IMG/VR virus record: IMGVR_UViG_3300037067_013058
Span: 15,060-79,059 of that record
Reading direction: 5' to 3' (one strand)
Length of the DNA: 64,000 bases
Source of the DNA: a virus
Taxonomy: Duplodnaviria > Caudoviricetes
Part shown: positions 58,463 to 64,000 of the stretch, in pieces
Layout: every line of letters begins with the position of its first letter
Numbering within the stretch: the first letter of the stretch is position 1
The notes under the pieces: generated by a model
Database searches by the model: none
What the model was told of the DNA's origin: nothing
The model's input: the letters and a program-made list of their open reading frames with translations, nothing else
Made by a program: the position numbers and the translations under genes

Positions 58463-59598
58463 TTTCCTAAAGCAAAAATATTCTTGGCCGCATTTAAATC
58501 CCTGTCTAGCAACAAACCACAAACAGGGCAATCATGCATTCTAGAACCAAGATCTTTCTTTACTGTTGTCCCGCATCCGGAACACATCTGTGAAGTTCCT
58601 CTAGGATTTACGCAAACAACCGGACAGCCAGCTTCTTCCGCTTTACTGACCAGATGAAGAGCAAATGCACCCCAAGACGAATCTATAATCCCCCTCTTTA
58701 AACCGGGAAGACCAAACTTACCCAAACCTGAGGGAGCGCTATTCGTAGACATCATCCTTCTTATATCCAGCGCCTCCACTACAAAACCGTCATACGTTTT
58801 TACTAAATCCGAAACAACCTGATTTATAAAGTTCTTTCGTTGATTTACTATATTCTCATTTAATCGAGCGAGACGTTCCTGTGCCTTCTTCCTATTATTT
58901 GAGCCTTTTGTCTTTCTAGACAAATTTCTCTGCCCCTCTTTAAGTTTGGCAGAAGCGTTAACTAGAAAATGGGGATGCTCAACCTCAGATCCATCTGACA
59001 ATGTTGCAAAAGTTTTAATACCAACATCAATACCAACACTATTTTTTGCTTCCCCTTTTTCCGGAATATCCCCCATCTCAATTTGAAAATGCGCCCACCA
59101 ACGCCCTGCCCGCTCTACTAACTTAAACCCAACTATTTTACCCGCTAAATAAATACTATTTCTCATTCTTAGCACTATAGGGTCTTTACCATTAACCAAA
59201 ATAAGTTTTTTTCCATCTATCTTCCAGCCAGTTCGACCATAAAATAAAGTATTAAACCGATCAACCCCTTTATATCTAGGATACCCCGGCTTCTCCCCAC
59301 GTTTCAATCTATTAAAAAACTTCTGAAAAGCTAAGGCAAGTCGATGCAATGATGTAAGTCTCGCAGTCTCAACGGGAATGTTTCTAAACTCTATATCGTC
59401 TGCTCTCACCTTAGTCAGCTCTGCATGTTGATCATATTCCGTTAAGGATACGTGCTGTTTCACCCAAGCTTCGCGCCGCTGTTGCAAAGCAGCATTATAT
59501 AACTGCCGTAATAACTCCAAAGTAGTTTTGAGCTTTTTCTCCTGTTTAGGAGATTTCCCCAACTTTACCTTACAAGTTCTGTATAATTTAGCCATCAA
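58390..59598 (-). CDS. tnpB: Solo TnpB RNA-guided nuclease (intact D-E-D)
   Basis: RQLYNAALQQR, PGYPRYKG, GIDVGIK, VVEALDI, TSQMCSGC / CPVC, LDRDLNAA. Confidence 0.93.
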   Translation of the reverse strand: MMAKLYRTCKVKLGKSPKQEKKLKTTLELLRQLYNAALQQRREAWVKQHVSLTEYDQHAELTKVRADDIEFRNIPVETARLTSLHRLALAFQKFFNRLKRGEKPGYPRYKGVDRFNTLFYGRTGWKIDGKKLILVNGKDPIVLRMRNSIYLAGKIVGFKLVERAGRWWAHFQIEMGDIPEKGEAKNSVGIDVGIKTFATLSDGSEVEHPHFLVNASAKLKEGQRNLSRKTKGSNNRKKAQERLARLNENIVNQRKNFINQVVSDLVKTYDGFVVEALDIRRMMSTNSAPSGLGKFGLPGLKRGIIDSSWGAFALHLVSKAEEAGCPVVCVNPRGTSQMCSGCGTTVKKDLGSRMHDCPVCGLLLDRDLNAAKNIFALGKNNLGHRLTTDSTAFSCAVGAEAF

Positions 59599-59612
59599 CC
59601 CATGCCTAAATG

Positions 59613-59999
59613 TTAATCACCTAACAGAAGATATTTCACCTTTGCGCCAACAGGACCACAAGTAATAGTTGCCGCAGTGATTGATCCTTTGTAAATAGCA
59701 ATGAATCCACCAGCAATCAAACTAATTGTATCAACACTGCCGTTCAATTTAACTGTTACTGGCTGATCCGTTCCAATGTATAGCCAATCCGCTTCAGCTA
59801 ATGATCCGAAATTGATAATGTAAATTGCAGCAGGAGCAAGAACCGCAACATTGCCAATTGATTCATTGTAATCTAGAGTTGGCCCCGTTGTAGAAGTTGG
59901 CGTAATTACTGGTGACCCTAGAATACCAGAAACTTCCGGACCCCCAGGAGCTTCGTCATATGTGAATGTTCCTGCAATAGTTAAAGTGTCAGTTGCCAT
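59613..59999 (-). CDS. Putative virion structural protein (beta-rich)
   Basis: 128 aa, Thr/Gly-rich, in the head cluster. Confidence 0.5.
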   Translation of the reverse strand: MATDTLTIAGTFTYDEAPGGPEVSGILGSPVITPTSTTGPTLDYNESIGNVAVLAPAAIYIINFGSLAEADWLYIGTDQPVTVKLNGSVDTISLIAGGFIAIYKGSITAATITCGPVGAKVKYLLLGD

Positions 60000-60004
60000 T
60001 TTGT

Positions 60005-60208
60005 TTACTCCCTATCTAGAAGCTTACCAATTTCTTGCTGAAGCTCCCCAAGTTTACTACCAATTTTTTCCAACTCATTATCAATATTCGCAAACCTGTG
60101 TGAAAAGGGACAATCATCTTTAGAAGGAAGTCTGCAAGTCGTGTCTTTTCCAAATACCTTTTTGAAACCGAGAATGATTGAGTTGAGCATGGGAATTTTC
60201 CTTTCCAT
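60005..60208 (-). CDS. Small hypothetical protein
   Basis: 67 aa, TAATG-coupled. Confidence 0.45.
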   Translation of the reverse strand: MERKIPMLNSIILGFKKVFGKDTTCRLPSKDDCPFSHRFANIDNELEKIGSKLGELQQEIGKLLDRE

Positions 60209-60666
60209 TATGGAATTGAAACTGTACGAGCAACCAGAGATGCAATTAGAGTAACAGCAACAGCAGCATTATTTGTCAATTCGAGAACAATAGGAAATCC
60301 GCCATAGCCCTTGAGAGTATGGGCAGTTTCTACATGGATATTTCTTTGGCGAAGATTGGAAGGGAAAATGTCGGTATCTGTGTGAATTACTGTAGCAACT
60401 TCAGCAGCACCAGCAAAAAGGTTAGTTGCTTGAAGAATTCCACCGGTATGTGTTGAAGTATCTACATAAAGTGGGCCAGTAAATGCACCTCCATAATATA
60501 CAGCCCAGGTAACTCCACCAGCAGGCAAAGCTCCACCGGATGAGCTAACTGAAATATTAATATCCCGGAAAGGTTCGCCACTGGGGTCCATCCATACACG
60601 AACTACGGGCGCTAATCCGCCAGCAGCCGTCATTGTCACTTCTTTCGTAGTTTCGATATATTGCAT
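60208..60666 (-). CDS. Putative virion protein, paralog of 60753..61211
   Basis: 152 aa; MQY...PSGEP...W.V.YGG...DT.TH.GG...G.GGFP shared; AAGGAGG RBS. Confidence 0.6.
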   Translation of the reverse strand: MQYIETTKEVTMTAAGGLAPVVRVWMDPSGEPFRDINISVSSSGGALPAGGVTWAVYYGGAFTGPLYVDTSTHTGGILQATNLFAGAAEVATVIHTDTDIFPSNLRQRNIHVETAHTLKGYGGFPIVLELTNNAAVAVTLIASLVARTVSIP

Positions 60667-60752
60667 TTGAGAGATTTCCTCCTTAGAATTTTCCTTAGTT
60701 TAGTCTACCTTAAAATTCGTTGGGACTCTTAAAGGGCTTGTATAAATTTTCG

Positions 60753-61211
60753 CTAATAAAGGGACAAAGATTTTGTAATGAAAGTTACCACTAAAGTTAC
60801 GTCGTCAATGTCGTTATTGGTGAATCTGGCTAGTAATGGGAAGCCGCCCCAACCAGTTTTGTTGGGAGATCCGTCAGATTTGTAAACAGTTTTACGGCGA
60901 TTTGTCGGAAGAATTAGTGGGCCGTTATAGATGATTTCAGCCACTTCTAAACCAAGAGCAAAAGAGCCAGAGGAAATTACGCGACCACCAGAATGTGTAG
61001 CAGTGTCTGAATATGGCACACCCGTTAACCAATTACCCCCATATAGAATTTCCCAATCAATGGTGAAACCACCAGGCATTGGGACACCTTTGGAATTAAC
61101 GGCAACAGTGAAATTTTCAATTGGTTCGCCACTGGGTTGAAACCATAATTTAGTAGATGCGCCTACTTTTCCAATAATGAAGATTTCGTGAACTTTTTCA
61201 GAATATTGCAT
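60753..61211 (-). CDS. Putative virion protein, paralog of 60208..60666
   Basis: 152 aa with the same motifs. Confidence 0.6.
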   Translation of the reverse strand: MQYSEKVHEIFIIGKVGASTKLWFQPSGEPIENFTVAVNSKGVPMPGGFTIDWEILYGGNWLTGVPYSDTATHSGGRVISSGSFALGLEVAEIIYNGPLILPTNRRKTVYKSDGSPNKTGWGGFPLLARFTNNDIDDVTLVVTFITKSLSLY

Positions 61212-61291
61212 GGTTTTTGGCCTTTGCTAACTATATGAGCATTGTACGATAAAATTGTTTGGAAGACTAAACTGTGGGACTTTATTGTGGG

Positions 61292-62125
61292 TTATTCTTC
61301 TTTAGCAGAACCGCCCTCAAGACGCTTTTGTGCCCACTTTTTGACCGATTTGTGATAACCATTAACTAGAATGAATTCAAGATCGGCAGGAGTTAGCGTC
61401 TTTTCGATAGCTTCTAGCTCCTCAATGAAATCGCGGGCAGGAAGCATCTCGGCTTCCTTAATATCCGCACCAACCTTGGAGCATAGCCCAACTACACGAG
61501 GAGTTAGTTGCTCTTCCAGGGGCGTAGGCTTGGTCAGTTCCTTCTCGGCTTCTGCCAACGTCATCTTTTCCATCGGCTTGAAGGCAGTCCGGTTTACAAC
61601 TGAACGATGCTTCTCATTGGAACGAGAAATTTCCTCATCAATTGTAGTCTGGTGCGCTGCCGCCTTCTGCTGGAAATAAGCCTTGTATTCCTCTTCAGAA
61701 AGGAAAACAATTGCCGGTGGCTGGCGATTTGACAGATTCCTGAGATCTGTGCTATTCTTGATAGCGTTGAAAGGAATGTACTGAGTCAGATTGACCGGAT
61801 CAAGTGTCCTAGCCAACCGGTGTGATTCCTTGCGATCTCCCGACACTTGGAATTCTAGCGAAATAAGCCGGTCAGACTTATTCTGAACATAGATGTCGCG
61901 CTCTTCCTTGAAATATTCAGTGAAATTAGTGATTGCAGTCATTGTACCCTCCAGGGATCTCCGTTTCAAACGGATTGTAAAAGGGGAAGTCGAAAACACT
62001 TCGGCCTCTCCGTCTTTTAATAACTTACGAGCCCTAGCGGGATGTGTGTATGATAGAAAGCAATTGCGTTCATCAACAACAGAAATTCTAGTATGCTTTT
62101 CATCCACGACAGGGTTTTCGCCCAA
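61292..62125 (-). CDS. Capsid-adjacent protein with N-terminal PLMP/RRXRR-like extension; second start at 61942
   Basis: Residues 13-54 ISVVDERNCFLSYTHPARARKLLKDGEAEVFSTSPFTIRLK; internal GGAGG-N5-ATG at 61942. Confidence 0.72.
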   Translation of the reverse strand: MGENPVVDEKHTRISVVDERNCFLSYTHPARARKLLKDGEAEVFSTSPFTIRLKRRSLEGTMTAITNFTEYFKEERDIYVQNKSDRLISLEFQVSGDRKESHRLARTLDPVNLTQYIPFNAIKNSTDLRNLSNRQPPAIVFLSEEEYKAYFQQKAAAHQTTIDEEISRSNEKHRSVVNRTAFKPMEKMTLAEAEKELTKPTPLEEQLTPRVVGLCSKVGADIKEAEMLPARDFIEELEAIEKTLTPADLEFILVNGYHKSVKKWAQKRLEGGSAKEE

Positions 62126-62128
62126 GCT

Positions 62129-62179
62129 CTACCTTTTCAGGTAGGTAATGCCGGTAGGTGGCCTAAACCACCTACCGGC
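62129..62179 (-). promoter_or_regulatory. Two-hairpin RNA element after the capsid gene
   Basis: Perfect 12-bp stem GCCGGTAGGTGG-TTTAGG-CCACCTACCGGC (62150-62179), then ATTAC and CTACCT-GAAA-AGGTAG (62129-62144) covering the SD of the TTG start at 62125. Confidence 0.7.
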
Positions 62180-62189
62180 CAACCATCAA

Positions 62190-63389
62190 CTATTTGGTCC
62201 CCTTCGCACAAGCACGCGAATTCGGAATACCAAAGCCAAGGATTTCACAGAATGCGAAGCCCTTAACGGTTTCCTGCATGGCGTATTTGTTGTAGGACTC
62301 TGAGAACAGCTCAACACGAACGCCCATTTCGCCCATATAGTCTGCGCCAGTTACCGCGTAAACGGTGCCTGCGGGAACTACTTCCTCAACGCCCGTGCCT
62401 GCGGCGGTGAGAATTTGTGCGTTCATGAACGTGCCGATGTAACCGGCCAACAGCAACTCGCGCTCGGTAACCATGTCAACCTGGGTGCTCATGGTCTTTA
62501 CGATGTCACTGAGTTCCTGACGATTGATCATGAAGTTCTCTACGATCAACCGGTGACGCTCAACCTGATACCGGATGTCTTCGAAAGCGGAAACACCGAG
62601 GGTACCAAATAGAACGGCGTCATTCTCAACTGTGGAAGCGCGGTCGATTAGAGCAAGACCCGCCTTGTCTTCCGCGAGTTCGATTTCCTGACGTGCTGTA
62701 TCCTGTGCTCTATCAAGCACATCAAAATTGTAGTGATATATGTCCATGATATCAACGCTCGGGAACGACGTGATCTTGAATTCGCTCGGGGTAATCCACT
62801 TGGTCTTAATGCGGCTCTCGGGAGTCTGACCATCCTGACCAATTACCCATGCAGTCGAACGAATGTCGAGTGGAATACGGAACAGTTCAGCCTGAGCCAA
62901 CTTGCGAACGCGATAAATCTTACGAGCAAAACCCTCGTAATCAAGAATCGCCTTAATTGGAAGCGCTAGTTCCTGCCCTACAACACGGAAACCCTCTGAA
63001 TCAGTTGAACCGGAGAGAGCCGCAGCAAGGATGTCCCTACGGGCTTCCTTGGTGATCTTTGACTCATCAGTGGCCTTACGCATCTGGAGGTTGCCTGCGT
63101 TCTTCTTGGTCACTTCATTGAGGAGGTGACTAATCTGAACCATTGCATCCTTGCGGTCTACAGCATTGAGTTCGCCCTTCTTGTCGAACATCCGGCGATT
63201 GGTGCCTGCGGTCTTGCCGTGGTCATAACTCTGTGGGTTAAATTTACCACTGGCTTCGAACAGAGACTCATCCCGCTTGGAAGCAAGGCGAGTCTTCGGG
63301 GCTACTTCTACTCCTGAACGCTTGGCAGTCTGTGGGGCTGCGGGGCGCTTCTGAGCGGCTAGTTTCCGGTATGGATTAGATGTACTCAT
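62190..63389 (-). CDS. Major capsid protein (HK97-fold, probable)
   Basis: 399 aa, strong GGAGG RBS, biased codon usage; ELALPIKAILDYEGFARK...LDRAQDTARQEIELAEDK...VPAGTVYAV...GFAFCEILGFGI pattern of large-phage capsids. Confidence 0.82.
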   Translation of the reverse strand: MSTSNPYRKLAAQKRPAAPQTAKRSGVEVAPKTRLASKRDESLFEASGKFNPQSYDHGKTAGTNRRMFDKKGELNAVDRKDAMVQISHLLNEVTKKNAGNLQMRKATDESKITKEARRDILAAALSGSTDSEGFRVVGQELALPIKAILDYEGFARKIYRVRKLAQAELFRIPLDIRSTAWVIGQDGQTPESRIKTKWITPSEFKITSFPSVDIMDIYHYNFDVLDRAQDTARQEIELAEDKAGLALIDRASTVENDAVLFGTLGVSAFEDIRYQVERHRLIVENFMINRQELSDIVKTMSTQVDMVTERELLLAGYIGTFMNAQILTAAGTGVEEVVPAGTVYAVTGADYMGEMGVRVELFSESYNKYAMQETVKGFAFCEILGFGIPNSRACAKGTK

Positions 63390-63401
63390 AACGCACCTCC
63401 C

Positions 63402-64000
63402 TTATAGAATCGCTACGTTAACGAAACGTAGGCCAAGCCACGGATCAGCAGCCGTGGGGATCTGCACAACGCGCCCGATGTGAGCATTTGCACCAGTGCT
63501 TGTCGTGGTGACAAGCCCTTCACAGCCCTGAGCCGTGGTCCCAGCATAGAGTAGCTGGTTAACGGTAAAGGTCTGATGGGTGTCATATGCCGTGGTGAAG
63601 ATGGTGGTGGCATCTGTAGCGATTGCACACTTGCCATCAGAGACATTGACGTCGTTAGTCAGGTTCCAGAAGTTCCTGCCTTCGAAATCAAGGTCGGCTT
63701 CCGTGAGTGGGTACATGTAATTTACATACACATAACCACCGTCTGCGATTGCGCCACCAGCGATGCGTGTAATCGTACCATTGACGTAGGACATCAAATA
63801 GTCGTTGTTAACGCCCGTTGATTCCGTATATGCACCACCAGTCAAGGCAGCAGCAACACGGACGCCAAGACCCTGAACCGCTGGAGTTAGCGGCCAAAAC
63901 AGGTTGGCGTGCTTGAGGTTAGTGGCAACTACGCCATTGAGCTGGACGTATTCACCAGTAACAGTTGCATACTCGGTCGTTGTATTGTTATACAGCGAAA
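63402..64000 (-). CDS. Head decoration / cement-type protein, 5' end beyond the window
   Basis: Frame is open from 64000 (SLYNNTTTEYATVTGEYVQLNG...) to the stop at 63402; C-terminal FTVNQLLYAG...GLVTT...IGRVVQIPT..DPWLGL is typical of the gene preceding capsid genes. Confidence 0.6.
   Translation of the reverse strand, partial: SLYNNTTTEYATVTGEYVQLNGVVATNLKHANLFWPLTPAVQGLGVRVAAALTGGAYTESTGVNNDYLMSYVNGTITRIAGGAIADGGYVYVNYMYPLTEADLDFEGRNFWNLTNDVNVSDGKCAIATDATTIFTTAYDTHQTFTVNQLLYAGTTAQGCEGLVTTTSTGANAHIGRVVQIPTAADPWLGLRFVNVAIL

Larger units (their letters stand above)
1..64000 (-). mobile_element. Segment of a large contractile-tailed (myovirus-type) bacteriophage genome
   Basis: Capsid, sheath, tube, tape-measure, baseplate and fibre genes plus a phage-style replication module, all on one strand with dense coupling; no ribosomal or core host housekeeping genes seen. 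Confidence 0.93.

Noticed and set aside
61964-62189. A complete IscB/IsrB OMEGA system
   Set aside because: No RuvC, bridge helix or HNH follows the PLMP segment, and the 64-nt gap is too short for a full omega-RNA; only the domain and a possible RNA remnant are reported.
1-64000. Numerous plus-strand and nested ORFs in the track (e.g. 16383..16814, 46627..47268, 37278..37799)
   Set aside because: They are antisense shadows of motif-bearing minus-strand genes, with no RBS or recognisable domains.
61292-64000. Higher GC around the capsid genes as a sign of horizontal transfer
   Set aside because: More simply explained by codon bias of highly expressed head genes; synteny is normal.
1-64000. 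Stop-codon reassignment, tRNA genes, group I introns or IStrons
   Set aside because: Large genes are intact in the standard code with TAA, TAG and TGA all used as stops. Gaps are too short for tRNAs and no cloverleaf was seen. None of the TnpB elements interrupts a gene.

Overview
A 64-kb segment of a large tailed bacteriophage with a contractile tail (myovirus-type, probably jumbo-scale). Essentially all real genes lie on the minus strand and many are translationally coupled (ATGA/TAATG overlaps). In transcription order (right to left): head module (decoration-type protein, major capsid, neck proteins); tail module (two sheath paralogs, one tube, a -1 frameshifting chaperone pair, two tape-measure paralogs, one carrying an M23 peptidase); baseplate and a 1.6-kaa beta-helical fibre; a promoter-bearing Cys-rich lipoprotein; then early/middle genes for nucleotide metabolism and replication (5'-3' exonuclease, family-4 UDG, RNR C-terminal domain, MT-A70 methylase, SNF2 helicase, MazG, DnaC-like loader, DnaB-like helicase, primase, sigma-like protein, clamp-like protein, and a family A DNA polymerase running off the left edge). 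There are four TnpB genes: one in a decaying IS607 and three solo copies inside the virion operon that share a covarying right-end RNA scaffold. The most unusual signal is an IscB-type PLMP/RRXRR domain fused in frame to the gene just downstream of the major capsid gene, preceded by a two-hairpin RNA element that buries its ribosome-binding site. All functional calls come from motif recognition by eye; no database searches were run.
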